This document shows, piece after piece, positions 46,270 to 56,249 of a stretch of 64,000 nucleotides of DNA. The notes under the pieces were generated by a model. That model did not search any database, was not told the origin of the DNA, and was given only the letters and a program-made list of their open reading frames with translations. The first letter of the stretch is position 1; the number at the start of each line of letters is the position of its first letter. Origin of the DNA: an uncultured Gammaproteobacteria bacterium. Its GTDB lineage: Bacteria; Pseudomonadota; Gammaproteobacteria; Pseudomonadales; Pseudohongiellaceae. The stretch spans positions 4,092-68,091 of the forward strand of contig CAJXRP010000012.1 of the NCBI GenBank assembly GCA_913060495.1, in the 5' to 3' direction. Both the position numbers and the translations under genes were made by a program.

Positions 46270-46614
46270 CTATGATCCAAGCTTGCGCCTGCTTCTAGTA
46301 TCTAAATAGCGGGTGAGCATTTCTGGATCATTGTGCAATTGCTTCTCGATTACTTTGATGAGGTCGTCTTTCGAAACTAAACCGAAGTTGGCAATCAGGT
46401 CGGAGCTAAAAATCAGCGAGACTATGAGAAAGACGAATAACATCAAATAGAGAAATGGCAGCTCTACGCCCCATAGTCTTAACGCCGCCGAAAATAGCAG
46501 CCCAAATATTAGCATCGACCTGAGTGCTGTCTCGCGGTGTATCTGACGCTTAGCACGGATAACAAGATGGAAGTCTCTCTCATTCATATCGATTACACTA
46601 TGCGCCTCACGCAT
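46270..46614 (-). CDS. hypothetical small membrane protein
   Basis: 114 aa with two hydrophobic helices. No family recognised. Confidence 0.5.
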   Translation of the reverse strand: MREAHSVIDMNERDFHLVIRAKRQIHRETALRSMLIFGLLFSAALRLWGVELPFLYLMLFVFLIVSLIFSSDLIANFGLVSKDDLIKVIEKQLHNDPEMLTRYLDTRSRRKLGS

Positions 46615-46840
46615 CCTCTAGGCCTAAAAATTTGATCATTACCTTGTTTTATATCTAATCATAGTAGGTAGCGGCAACAAACAATAAGTTTTAAAGGCTA
46701 TTTTTAACACCTGCCTATAGGCGAGGCGCAGGTGGAGGTAAGATGGCAGGACAGAAATTAGGGGTGTAACTAGCCAGCGGCTTTAGAGAGTAAAATAAAC
46801 AGAGAAATAGTTAACTTGAACAGTTAAAGGATTGCCAAGA

Positions 46841-47236
46841 ATGAAGGTAAAAAAGGGCTACAAGCAATTAGTTGCTGAGGCAGAGCAGCAGATACAAACG
46901 ATAGATTCCTCCGCATTAAAGGCGCGGCTGGAGAATTTGGACGAGTCGGTGGTTATTATCGATCTACGGGACGTTCGTGAGGTTAAGCGCGAAGGCAAGA
47001 TTCCCGGTTCGCTGCACATTCCTCGAGGCATGCTGGAGTTTTGGGTAGATCCCGATAGCCCTTACTATCGCACCGAGTTCGATAAGGCACAGGAGTTGGT
47101 CCTCTATTGCAACAAAGGCTGGCGTTCAGCGCTGTCGGCACAATCGCTGCAGAATATGGGTATCGAGAGTGTCGTGCATCTAAAGGGTGGCATGGAACAG
47201 TGGCAGAAAGACGATGGTACTGTTGAAACGAATTAA
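46841..47236 (+). CDS. rhodanese-like domain protein (sulfurtransferase)
   Basis: Active-site loop YCNKGWRS (CxxxxR). ATG 46841 with AAGGA SD. Confidence 0.85.
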   Translation: MKVKKGYKQLVAEAEQQIQTIDSSALKARLENLDESVVIIDLRDVREVKREGKIPGSLHIPRGMLEFWVDPDSPYYRTEFDKAQELVLYCNKGWRSALSAQSLQNMGIESVVHLKGGMEQWQKDDGTVETN

Positions 47237-47313
47237 ATACGCCGTGAGGTGGACGCTAGCAGTGGACTCTAGCTATGATGTTGCGACCAATTAAAGGCGC
47301 GAGGACAGCGGCT

Positions 47314-48396
47314 ATGAAGACTAAAACTAATATGAGCGGTATATCGGCAATGCTTAGCCGGCGCACTCTCCTTAAGGCAATTCCAGCCCTCTCATTCAGT
47401 CCGGTAGTATTTGCACAACCGACGGCTTCGATAGCAGTGCGTAAATTGCACAGCTATGGCATGCGCGTATCGAATGTAGAGCGATCGGTGAAGTTCTATC
47501 AAGAATTGTTCGGTGCAAGTATCCAGTCGCGACAAGGAGACACTGTCTGTTTGCGAATTGGTGAAGGGCCAAGATTCTTCTCTCTTTCCCCACTACTGCC
47601 AGGGCAACAGCCCGGCTTTAGTCATATTGGTCTCAGCGTCGAAGATTTCGATCTGGAGTCGGTGCGCGATCAGCTCGATGCTTTCGGCGTATCCCGTCGG
47701 GCTGACCCAGGTCCAAATGAGGCTTCTCTCGACATTGCCATGCAGTCTTGGACGAGGACGCGCGGACAGAATGAAGGCGGGTCTGCATCGGGGACTGAGG
47801 AGTTATTTTTCGCAGACATCGAGGGTCTAATTTATCAGCTCTCTGGCACGAATCACTGCGGTGGAGCGGGTGAGTTTGGAGCAGTTTGTGAGCGGGTGGA
47901 AGCGTCATCAGCGGATGGCATGTTTCGCACTGTTGATCTCAGTCACTTTACAAATTTTTTAGCCAATAAAGACCGTGCGAATGAATTCTATACGCGTACC
48001 TTCGGGTTGGGTTTTCAAGCTTATCAGGGACCTGCATCACCGATTGTTGGGGTAGGCGATGGCATTCAGTTTCTAATGTATGTGGGTGGCGATCAGGCAG
48101 GGGCACCGACTGCACCAGCTCGAGTAGATCACGTTTGCCTCAGCATTGAGGACTTTGATGTGGATGGCATTATTGCGAAGCTCGAAGATTATGGCTTCAC
48201 CGCTAGAGAGGACGCGTCTGATACGCCTCCGCTGGTACATTGGATTAGCATGCGCATGCCGAATCGTGGCGGCATTGAGGGCGGAACACCTGAGGTCTAT
48301 TTTTCAGACCCCGATGGAATACGAATTCAACTGCAGGATGCCGTGTACTGTGGCGGCGGCGGATATCTCGGAGACGATTGCAGTGCGCCTGTCTAA
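47314..48396 (+). CDS. VOC (glyoxalase/extradiol-dioxygenase fold) family protein with twin-arginine signal
   Basis: Tat-type signal ..MLSRRTLLKAIPALSFSPVVFAQP. Has repeated VOC modules (HSYGMRVSNVERSVKFY.., FSHIGLSVEDFD, VDHVCLSIEDFD). ATG 47314 with GAGGA SD. Confidence 0.8.
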   Translation: MKTKTNMSGISAMLSRRTLLKAIPALSFSPVVFAQPTASIAVRKLHSYGMRVSNVERSVKFYQELFGASIQSRQGDTVCLRIGEGPRFFSLSPLLPGQQPGFSHIGLSVEDFDLESVRDQLDAFGVSRRADPGPNEASLDIAMQSWTRTRGQNEGGSASGTEELFFADIEGLIYQLSGTNHCGGAGEFGAVCERVEASSADGMFRTVDLSHFTNFLANKDRANEFYTRTFGLGFQAYQGPASPIVGVGDGIQFLMYVGGDQAGAPTAPARVDHVCLSIEDFDVDGIIAKLEDYGFTAREDASDTPPLVHWISMRMPNRGGIEGGTPEVYFSDPDGIRIQLQDAVYCGGGGYLGDDCSAPV

Positions 48397-48439
48397 GTGC
48401 TGTGTTTGATTATTATTGATTGTAGTAAGAGGGAGTAGT

Positions 48440-49456
48440 ATGGAGCATCGATATATTGGAAAGAGCGGATTAAGAGTTAGCCCTATTTGCATGGGGACTA
48501 TGAGTTTTGGTAGTTGGAGCGATAAGAAGGAGTCGTTCAAGATTCTTGAAGAGTCCTATGAGCGTGGTATTAACTTTTTCGATACGGCGGAAGTCTATCC
48601 AGTCCCTCCATCGGCAGAGACTGTCGGTGTAACGGAGCAGATCTTCGGCGAATGGGTTCAGACCAAGCCCAGAGACTCGCTAATCATCGCGACTAAGGTT
48701 GCAGGAGCGGCTGCAGGATGGTTTGTTCCGCCTATCCGCCATGGCCTGACGGCTATCGACAGATTCCATATCGAAACGGCAGTAGAAGGGTCTCTACGTA
48801 GAATGCAGATCGATTATATCGATCTTTATCAGGTGCATTGGCCTGATCCCATCGTGCCTATAGATGAGTCAATGGAGGCGCTAGATAGATTGGTGCAGGC
48901 AGGTAAGGTGAGATATGTCGGAACTTCCAACGAAAATGCCTACGGTTTGACTAAGGCGAACACCGTCGCTGACTATGAAGGCTTGGCTCGATTTCAGTCT
49001 ATTCAGAATAATTTCTCGCTATTGAATCGCCGCTTCTTGGATGAGTTGGCGGAGGTATGTAAAAGGGAGCATGTATCACTCTTGCCGTATTCTCCAATTG
49101 GCGGCGGTGTTCTCAGTGGTAAGTACAATCAGCCAGAGGTTCCAAAAAATTCGCGCTTCGCGGAATACGGTTCCGCAGACCCTAGACAGAAAGCTATGTC
49201 TGCTCGGTTTGTGAACGAAGGAACCTTGGCGTCTACTGCTAAGTACATGGAAATTGCGAAAGAATTAGGCATGTCCCCGGTGACTCTAGCTACGGCTTGG
49301 AGCATGAATTTTGATTTTGTCGCATCGACAATTATTGGTGCGCGAACTGCTGATCAGTTGAAAGAGTCGTTAGCGGCCCTCGATGTAACACTTAGCGATG
49401 AGACAATGAAGCAGTGCGATGAAGTACATAAGCAAATTCTCTATCCGATGGGCTAG
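48440..49456 (+). CDS. NADP(H)-dependent aldo/keto reductase (Tas-like)
   Basis: Has MEHRYIGKSGLRVSPICMGTMSFG, GINFFDTAEVY, IDLYQVHWPD and GTSNE. Confidence 0.9.
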   Translation: MEHRYIGKSGLRVSPICMGTMSFGSWSDKKESFKILEESYERGINFFDTAEVYPVPPSAETVGVTEQIFGEWVQTKPRDSLIIATKVAGAAAGWFVPPIRHGLTAIDRFHIETAVEGSLRRMQIDYIDLYQVHWPDPIVPIDESMEALDRLVQAGKVRYVGTSNENAYGLTKANTVADYEGLARFQSIQNNFSLLNRRFLDELAEVCKREHVSLLPYSPIGGGVLSGKYNQPEVPKNSRFAEYGSADPRQKAMSARFVNEGTLASTAKYMEIAKELGMSPVTLATAWSMNFDFVASTIIGARTADQLKESLAALDVTLSDETMKQCDEVHKQILYPMG

Positions 49457-50258
49457 TCTTTTTAGTCTTCTTGTTGCGGCGACAGCCAGTGCTCAGACGG
49501 TGCATATCTCGCACTGTATGGCTGGCTGTCCGGTTGTTGCTAGCGACAGTACAGTCGACGATGGCGAAATCATTGTAAGACAATTGTTTGCCGCATCTAT
49601 TAATGCCGAGAGCGGGCTTGCAGATTGGCAGGCTTATCGTGTGCTTGCAGGCAGTGTTGGTGTGGCTTCGCTCTTGCCGCGTGTTTGGTTTGAGGATTCT
49701 CTAGTATCTCAGGCTGTGCAGGTAACGGATGATCTAGACAGTCTATCTCAGCTGGTATATTCAGTTTCTAGTGATGCTGAAGAGCGCACCTATCAGACTA
49801 GCGAGATAACTCTACTCTCCGAAGATCAGGGCCGTCTGGTTCCCATGAGCAGTTTTGCTGGCACTCCTTACTGGTCTGAATTGAATTACCTCAGCAATAT
49901 GGCAGCCCTGCCGTTTGAGTTGCGAGTTGGCAGTTGGTCTCGACTCGATCAGGCGATCAATGCACTGGCAGACAAACTGGGGGAAATCTATGTGGTTAGT
50001 GGCCCAATCTACGGCGATGAAGCCGGCGGCCAAGAAACCGGCAGTGTTGCCCAACCCTCAGCTTATTTCAAAATTGTAAGCACCCGCGAATCGTTGAGTG
50101 CTTTCGTGTTCGCAAGCGATCTGCAGCAGCATGTGAATTTCTGCCATCAGGCGAGCACCCTGATTTCGATAGAAGCTGCTACTGGCCTTACCTTATTTCC
50201 TCACCGCGAGCACGATTTTGCTGATACCCTGCATGCGCAATTAACTTGCAAATATTGA
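49419..50258 (+). CDS. secreted DNA/RNA non-specific endonuclease (Serratia NucA) family protein with substituted catalytic motif
   Basis: Signal peptide MKYISKFSIRWASLFSLLVAATASAQ. DQGRLVPMSSFAGTPYWSELNYLSNMAALPFELRVGSWSRLDQ...IYVVSGPIY aligns, from memory, with NucA DRGHQAPLASLAG..WESLNYLSNITPQKSDLNQGAWARLED...VYTVTGPLY. There is a 38-nt overlap with the upstream gene. Confidence 0.8.
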   Translation: MKYISKFSIRWASLFSLLVAATASAQTVHISHCMAGCPVVASDSTVDDGEIIVRQLFAASINAESGLADWQAYRVLAGSVGVASLLPRVWFEDSLVSQAVQVTDDLDSLSQLVYSVSSDAEERTYQTSEITLLSEDQGRLVPMSSFAGTPYWSELNYLSNMAALPFELRVGSWSRLDQAINALADKLGEIYVVSGPIYGDEAGGQETGSVAQPSAYFKIVSTRESLSAFVFASDLQQHVNFCHQASTLISIEAATGLTLFPHREHDFADTLHAQLTCKY

Positions 50259-50286
50259 AAACGACAATCACTGAGAACTCATCATT

Positions 50287-50997
50287 ATGGAATTAGTAGT
50301 AGAACAACAGGTACCTACAACCGTGCCCGTGAAGCTTCAGGCTCAGACCGAGGTAAGTGAGCAGTCTCCACGATTTCCGGTTCATCGAATCTATTGTGTG
50401 GGCAGAAATTATAGTGAACACGTGAAGGAAATGGGGGGAGATCCGAAGCAAGAGCCGCCTGTCTTTTTTAGCAAACCGACTAGCGCCTGTGTCACATTCA
50501 ATCAAGATGTTGTGTATCCCCAAGCAACGAGCGATTTACATCATGAGGTTGAGCTAGTCGTTGCCCTAAAATCGGGGGGCAAGAATATTGATCTCGAAGC
50601 GGCAATAGACTGCGTATATGGATATGCGGTTGGTATAGACTTCACCCGGCGGGACCTTCAGGCTATTGCCAAGAGTAAGGGGCGCCCCTGGGATCTGGCT
50701 AAGGGTTTTGATCAGTCTGCGCCAATTTCTGCAATATTACCCGCGAGCGAAGTGGCTCAGCTTGGTGATAGGGAAATCTCTTTGAAGGTAAATGACGAAG
50801 TTCGGCAACAGGCAAGTCTCAGTGAGATGATTTGGTCTGTACCTGAAATTATTAGTGAGCTATCCAAGTATTTCGAATTGAAATCCGGTGATTTAATCTA
50901 CACGGGAACTCCATCTGGTGTTGCTTCTGTATCCAAAGGCGATCGCCTGTGTGCCTCCGTCGATGGTGTCGGCGTTTTGGATTTTGGAATTGCATAA
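50287..50997 (+). CDS. fumarylacetoacetate hydrolase (FAH) family protein
   Basis: Has RIYCVGRNYSEHVKEMG, PVFFSKP, HHEVELVVAL and DLIYTGTPSGV. Confidence 0.85.
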   Translation: MELVVEQQVPTTVPVKLQAQTEVSEQSPRFPVHRIYCVGRNYSEHVKEMGGDPKQEPPVFFSKPTSACVTFNQDVVYPQATSDLHHEVELVVALKSGGKNIDLEAAIDCVYGYAVGIDFTRRDLQAIAKSKGRPWDLAKGFDQSAPISAILPASEVAQLGDREISLKVNDEVRQQASLSEMIWSVPEIISELSKYFELKSGDLIYTGTPSGVASVSKGDRLCASVDGVGVLDFGIA

Positions 50998-51013
50998 TCG
51001 GGTTTTATTCTAG

Positions 51014-52789
51014 ATGACTACTGACCAAAGTGTTCTGCTGTTGATTCTTTTCGCCCTGCTAGTTTTGTTAGTATGGGGGCGTTGGCGTTACGACATCGTC
51101 GCACTCGGTGCGCTTTTTACTGCCAGCATTTTCGGCTTAATACCACAGACCGAGATGTTCGCTGGATTTGGCAATCCGGCGACCGTTACGGTAATAATGG
51201 TGTTGATAGTAAGCTTTGGTTTAACGAAATCCGGGGCTGTTGAATTCGTGGCTGATGCCATAGAGCCTATTTCTTCGAAACCATTTCTTCATATCGCTGT
51301 ACTGACTTTTCTAGCCGCCTTTCTTTCGATGTTTATGAATAATGTCGGAGCCTTGGCGTTATTGATGCCTATCGCAATTCAGTCTACTACCAAAGCTGGC
51401 CGTTCTCCGGCCACGGTTCTAATGCCGTTGTCATTTGGGTCGATCTTGGGAGGCTTGGTTACTCTGATAGGTACTCCGCCGAATATCTTGATCGCAAATT
51501 ATCGACAGCAGATGACCGGTGAGGCTTTTACAATGTTCGACTATGCGCCTGTAGGCGGTGGCATAGCAATATGTGGCATTTTGTTCATGCTTTTTATCGG
51601 TTGGAAATTGGTTAAGGTACGAAAGCAAACCACGGGCCTTGAACTTTTTGACGTTGAGAAATATTTGTTTGAACTAAAAGTTACCGAAGAGTCGGCTTTT
51701 TTCGAGAAAAAGGCGGGGGAGTTAAAAGACAGTCTTGCAGAGAAAAACTTAACACTCCTATCTATGGTTCACCGGCGAGAGAACATTCCTATCGTTTATC
51801 GACGCCAGCTTATCGCATCGAATGATTTGCTGATGATTCAGGGTTCGCATGACGATATAGCTCAGTTCTCTAAGAGCCATCGTTTGCAGATGGTGTCTGC
51901 TGAGAATGCTCAGAAAGAGGTTTTGCATTCCGAAGATATGCAGGCTGCTGAGGTTGTAGTAACTCCGAATTCTCCTATTGTTGGCAGGACGCCCAGCCAA
52001 TTAAGGTTCAACCGAAAATATGGGGTAAATCTATTAGCAGCATCTCGATCGGGTACGCCCCATAGAGAAAGGCTTCGCAATTTCAAGTTTGCTGTAGGGG
52101 ATGTGTTATTGCTGCACGGTGATGTAAACGAAATCGAAGAAGCGATTATAAAGTTGAATTGCTATCCCCTTGTAAGTCGAGCGCTTGGTCTAGGGAAAAA
52201 TTCTAAGGCGATTCCGGCTATGCTGACATTTATTCTAGCCATTGTGGCCGCTGCTAGTGGGTTGGTCACAATTCAGCTCGCGTTAGGCTTAGCAACCGTT
52301 GCCATGGTCCTTCTAAATATAGTTCCTGTTAGAGAATTTTATGACGGCGTGGATTGGGCTGTTGTCGTACTACTTGGTGCGATGATCCCGCTCGGCACCG
52401 CATTGGAGACAACTGGCACTACGATGTTGTTAGTCAATGGAATTCTTGCGGTTGCCGGTGATATGTCGCCTGTATTTTTGATAGCTATGATATTGATCAT
52501 TACGATGACAGTTTCCGATGTTCTTAATAATGCGGCGACAGCAATTTTAATGGCGCCAATTGCGTACAATATTGCTCTTGCTTTGAACCTGAATCCTGAC
52601 GCCTTCTTGATGGCGGTAGCAGTAGGTGCATCATGTGCATTCCTGACTCCTATCGGGCATCAGAATAACGCTTTGATTATGGGCCCAGGAGGTTACAAGT
52701 TCGGTGACTACTGGCGCATGGGATTACCTTTGGAAATAATCATAGTCATTGTCGCGTTGCCCTTGCTACTAATGGCATGGCCTCTGTAG
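51014..52789 (+). CDS. SLC13/DASS-family anion permease with central TrkA-C (RCK_C) domains
   Basis: 591 aa. Two membrane halves (..FLSMFMNNVGALALLMPIA.., ..SDVLNNAATAILMAPIA..) flank two soluble RCK_C-like modules. Confidence 0.9.
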   Translation: MTTDQSVLLLILFALLVLLVWGRWRYDIVALGALFTASIFGLIPQTEMFAGFGNPATVTVIMVLIVSFGLTKSGAVEFVADAIEPISSKPFLHIAVLTFLAAFLSMFMNNVGALALLMPIAIQSTTKAGRSPATVLMPLSFGSILGGLVTLIGTPPNILIANYRQQMTGEAFTMFDYAPVGGGIAICGILFMLFIGWKLVKVRKQTTGLELFDVEKYLFELKVTEESAFFEKKAGELKDSLAEKNLTLLSMVHRRENIPIVYRRQLIASNDLLMIQGSHDDIAQFSKSHRLQMVSAENAQKEVLHSEDMQAAEVVVTPNSPIVGRTPSQLRFNRKYGVNLLAASRSGTPHRERLRNFKFAVGDVLLLHGDVNEIEEAIIKLNCYPLVSRALGLGKNSKAIPAMLTFILAIVAAASGLVTIQLALGLATVAMVLLNIVPVREFYDGVDWAVVVLLGAMIPLGTALETTGTTMLLVNGILAVAGDMSPVFLIAMILIITMTVSDVLNNAATAILMAPIAYNIALALNLNPDAFLMAVAVGASCAFLTPIGHQNNALIMGPGGYKFGDYWRMGLPLEIIIVIVALPLLLMAWPL

Positions 52790-52865
52790 CTACGACCCGG
52801 TTTCGTGATTGCCAGTAACCTAAGAATGCTTTAACTTATAGATTAACTTTTTTTGAGAATTTCCT

Positions 52866-54308
52866 ATGCGCGTCAACTGGAAGACATACAATTCGGGCAA
52901 ATTTTTTGACGAGATAATTAGTTCTCCCGGATACGCTCGTAAACCAGCACGTCGCTTAGCGAGTCATCTTGCTTCTCTCACTCATGATGAGTTGTTAGAG
53001 AAGAAGCGTGCCGCCGATCTCGCAATCAAGACGATGGGTATCTCCTTTACTGTCTACAGTGACGCCGGGAATATCGATCGCGAATGGCCCTACGACATCA
53101 TTCCACGCATCATCGCCGAGAAGGAATGGGATCAAACCAGTCTAGGTCTGCAGCAGCGCTTACGGGCATTGAACTGTTTCATCAATGACACCTATAACGA
53201 TCAAAAAATATTTAAAGATAAAGTGATTCCGAAGGAACTGGTACTGGATTCGACCAATTTTAGAAAAGAATGCATGGGGATAAAACCGAAGTATGACGTG
53301 TGGGCGCACATCTGTGGTACTGATCTTATCAAGGGCGATGATGGCCAATTCTATGTATTAGAAGATAATCTGCGTGTACCTTCTGGTGTTTCCTATATGT
53401 TGGAGAACAGACGGGTTACGAAGCGAGTGTTTCCTGAGCTATTTGAGAATCATCGTATTCGACCTATTACTGAATATCCGGCGCAGTTGTTCGATACGCT
53501 CGCGGCTATCTCGCCGAGGTCGTCAGACTATCCCGAGGTTGTAGTACTTACTCCAGGAGCCTTCAACTCTGCCTATTTCGAACACTCCTTTCTCGCTCAG
53601 AGAATGGGTGCGGAACTTGTTGAGGGTGGTGACCTTGTTGTTGAAAAAGATAAAGTCTTTATGCGTACGATTGATGGTCTGTCTCAAGTCGATGTGATTT
53701 ATCGTAGAATCGACGACATGTTTCTCGATCCAAAAGTATTTCGAAAAGATTCAACGCTTGGTGTGCCGGGTCTATTTAAGTCTTGGGTAAAAGGCAACGT
53801 GGCTCTTGCGAACGCCCCTGGTGCCGGTGTGGCCGACGACAAAATTATCTATACCTACGTTCCAGAAATGATCAAATACTATCTCGGAGAAGAGCCTCTT
53901 CTGCCGAATGTAGAGAGTTATCTTTGTGTCGATAAGGTTCAGCGCCAGCATGTGCTGCAGAATCTAGATAAGCTTGTGATAAAGCCAGCGAATGAGTCTG
54001 GGGGCTATGGAATGCTTATAGGCCCGCAGGCAAGTAAACGCGAACTGGCTGAGTTCGCTAGAAGAATCAAAGCAGATCCAAGAAATTATATGGCGCAACC
54101 GTTGATATCGCTCTCTACTGTTCCCATCTTGGGTGAACGAGTCGTTGAGCCGCGTCATGTGGATCTACGCCCCTTCATATTGCAGGCGGACAAGACTCAT
54201 GTAACCGCTGGCGGCCTAACGCGAGTCGCCATGGTAAAAGGTTCGTTTATAGTCAATTCATCACAGGGTGGCGGTAGTAAAGACACCTGGATAGTGGGAG
54301 ACAAATAG
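52866..54308 (+). CDS. circularly permuted (type 2) ATP-grasp protein
   Basis: 480 aa. FTVYSDAGNIDREWPYDIIPRII, GTDLIKGDDGQFYVLEDNLRVPSGVSYMLENR, and NAPGAGVADDK are characteristic of the COG2308-type family. Confidence 0.9.
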   Translation: MRVNWKTYNSGKFFDEIISSPGYARKPARRLASHLASLTHDELLEKKRAADLAIKTMGISFTVYSDAGNIDREWPYDIIPRIIAEKEWDQTSLGLQQRLRALNCFINDTYNDQKIFKDKVIPKELVLDSTNFRKECMGIKPKYDVWAHICGTDLIKGDDGQFYVLEDNLRVPSGVSYMLENRRVTKRVFPELFENHRIRPITEYPAQLFDTLAAISPRSSDYPEVVVLTPGAFNSAYFEHSFLAQRMGAELVEGGDLVVEKDKVFMRTIDGLSQVDVIYRRIDDMFLDPKVFRKDSTLGVPGLFKSWVKGNVALANAPGAGVADDKIIYTYVPEMIKYYLGEEPLLPNVESYLCVDKVQRQHVLQNLDKLVIKPANESGGYGMLIGPQASKRELAEFARRIKADPRNYMAQPLISLSTVPILGERVVEPRHVDLRPFILQADKTHVTAGGLTRVAMVKGSFIVNSSQGGGSKDTWIVGDK

Positions 54309-54311
54309 CCC

Positions 54312-55256
54312 ATGCTTTCTCGAGTAGCTGAACGAATTTACTGGCAGGCGCGTTACTTAGAGCGTGCCGAGAACACTGCGCGCTTGCTCAGCGTCTTCTC
54401 AACACTATTATTAGATTTGCCTCCGGGCACAAAGCTAAGCTGGCGGTCTTTGGTTGAGATTACCGGAACCGACCAGGCCTTCGATGAGAAATATAAACAG
54501 GCAAATGAGCGTAATGTAATGCGCTTTCTTTTGCTCGATAGCGCCAGCTCGCTTTTAAATACACTGCAAAACACCCGCGAGAATGCCCGCACGACGCGAG
54601 AAATAATGCCGCTGGAAGCGTTCGAGCAGATTAATGATCTGTTTCACTACGCCAAAGATAATGCCCTAGATTCTATTTCCGGAGGGTCGAGGCATAAGTT
54701 CCTTGAAGAAATAATTTCAAACTGTCACGAAATTTCAGGACTGATGGCTGGCAGCATGAGCAGGGGAGCAGCCTATAGCTTTGTGCGTTTAGGCAGGTCT
54801 CTCGAGCGTGCAGACATGGCAACTCGCATTATCGATGTTGGTTCCGGTAATCTGCTTCCCGATATAGGTACAGGAGCAAAGCCCGCGGAATCCAATGAGC
54901 CCTATGAGAATACGTTGTGGATGAATATCTTGCGTTCGCTTACGGCTTATCAGATGTATCGTCAACATGTTAAGCATCGCGTAAATGGCGAAGACGTGGT
55001 TAGATTTCTCCTGCAAGACGATGATTTTCCACGAGCGGCAACGCATGTATTGACTACAATCACGAAAGTGCTAAAACACCTACCAAATAATACCAAGGCC
55101 ACTAAGCAAGTTAATAAGACTCTGCGAATTATCGAAACAGGCAATATTAGTAAGCTGCTCGATGCGGGCTTGTTCCAATACCTGGATGACTTGCAAGTAG
55201 AGATCGCCAAGATACACACCAGCATTTCCGATACTTGGTTCCTTCCTCACAATTAG
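54312..55256 (+). CDS. alpha-E domain protein
   Basis: MLSRVAERIYWQARYLERAENTARLL.. is the typical alpha-E N-terminus. 314 aa, all-helical, 3-nt gap after the ATP-grasp gene. Confidence 0.85.
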   Translation: MLSRVAERIYWQARYLERAENTARLLSVFSTLLLDLPPGTKLSWRSLVEITGTDQAFDEKYKQANERNVMRFLLLDSASSLLNTLQNTRENARTTREIMPLEAFEQINDLFHYAKDNALDSISGGSRHKFLEEIISNCHEISGLMAGSMSRGAAYSFVRLGRSLERADMATRIIDVGSGNLLPDIGTGAKPAESNEPYENTLWMNILRSLTAYQMYRQHVKHRVNGEDVVRFLLQDDDFPRAATHVLTTITKVLKHLPNNTKATKQVNKTLRIIETGNISKLLDAGLFQYLDDLQVEIAKIHTSISDTWFLPHN

Positions 55257-56249
55257 ATGAAGAACTTTGAATGTAAATGCGGGCAAGTACTCTTCTTCGA
55301 AAACTCCGAGTGCTTGAGTTGCGGCTTTAGCGTTGGCTTCGATCCAGTAACTATGACTATGTGCCGTGCAGATGGGGAAGACGCTGAGTCTAAGCCCACA
55401 CTGCGTCGCTGCAAGAACTCAATTGATTACGATGTGTGTAATTGGTGGGTGAATGATTCTGAATCTGACTACTGTCTTTCCTGCAAGCTGAACCACACGA
55501 TTCCAAATCTGTTAGAAGAGAAACGTCGCGCCTGGTGGAAGAGCCTAGAGTATGCCAAGCGCCGACTTATCTATTCCTTACTTAGCCTGAACTTACCGGT
55601 TGTCGGAAAGCAAGAAGACCCTATGGGGCTGGCCTTCAAATTCATGGAGGATCAGCGTACTAATCCAGAGGTGTTCGAGGAGCATGTGAACACCGGCCAT
55701 GTCGATGGCATGATTACAATAAACATCGCGGAGGCAGATCGTGTTAAGAGCGAAATAGCGCGGCAGTATACGCGAGAGCTGTATCGCACTCTGCTAGGCC
55801 ATTTCCGTCACGAGAGCGGGCACTATTATTTTCTTAAGTTGATCACGTCCCAAGAGCGCAAGCGGCAGTTCGTCGATCTGTTTGGAGACTATACTCAAGA
55901 CTACGGCAAGGCGCTGAAAGACTATTACAAGAACAATTTCATTTCAGCCCATGACCCGAACATGATCAGCCACTATGCGCAGTCGCATCCTTGGGAAGAT
56001 TGGGCCGAAGTCTGGGCACATTACCTACACATGATCGATACCTTAGAAACGGCGAATCAATATCGAGTTAGGCAGAGTTCTGCGCAGTTCGACGATATCG
56101 ATAATACCTTGGATAAGTGGGGAGAGCTGACGCTTTTACTTAATTCGCTGAACAGGAGCATGGGTCTGGAAGATGCTTACCCCTTTGTGCTTTCCGAATT
56201 ATCCCTTAGGAAGCTCCGTTTCGTTCACGGCTTGCTCTATCCCAGTTAG
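55257..56249 (+). CDS. zinc-ribbon + zincin-like metallopeptidase (Peptidase_Mx-type)
   Basis: The start codon abuts the upstream stop (TAGATG). N-terminal CKCG..(x)..CLSCG ribbon. HExxH present as FRHESGHYYF. Confidence 0.8.
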   Translation: MKNFECKCGQVLFFENSECLSCGFSVGFDPVTMTMCRADGEDAESKPTLRRCKNSIDYDVCNWWVNDSESDYCLSCKLNHTIPNLLEEKRRAWWKSLEYAKRRLIYSLLSLNLPVVGKQEDPMGLAFKFMEDQRTNPEVFEEHVNTGHVDGMITINIAEADRVKSEIARQYTRELYRTLLGHFRHESGHYYFLKLITSQERKRQFVDLFGDYTQDYGKALKDYYKNNFISAHDPNMISHYAQSHPWEDWAEVWAHYLHMIDTLETANQYRVRQSSAQFDDIDNTLDKWGELTLLLNSLNRSMGLEDAYPFVLSELSLRKLRFVHGLLYPS

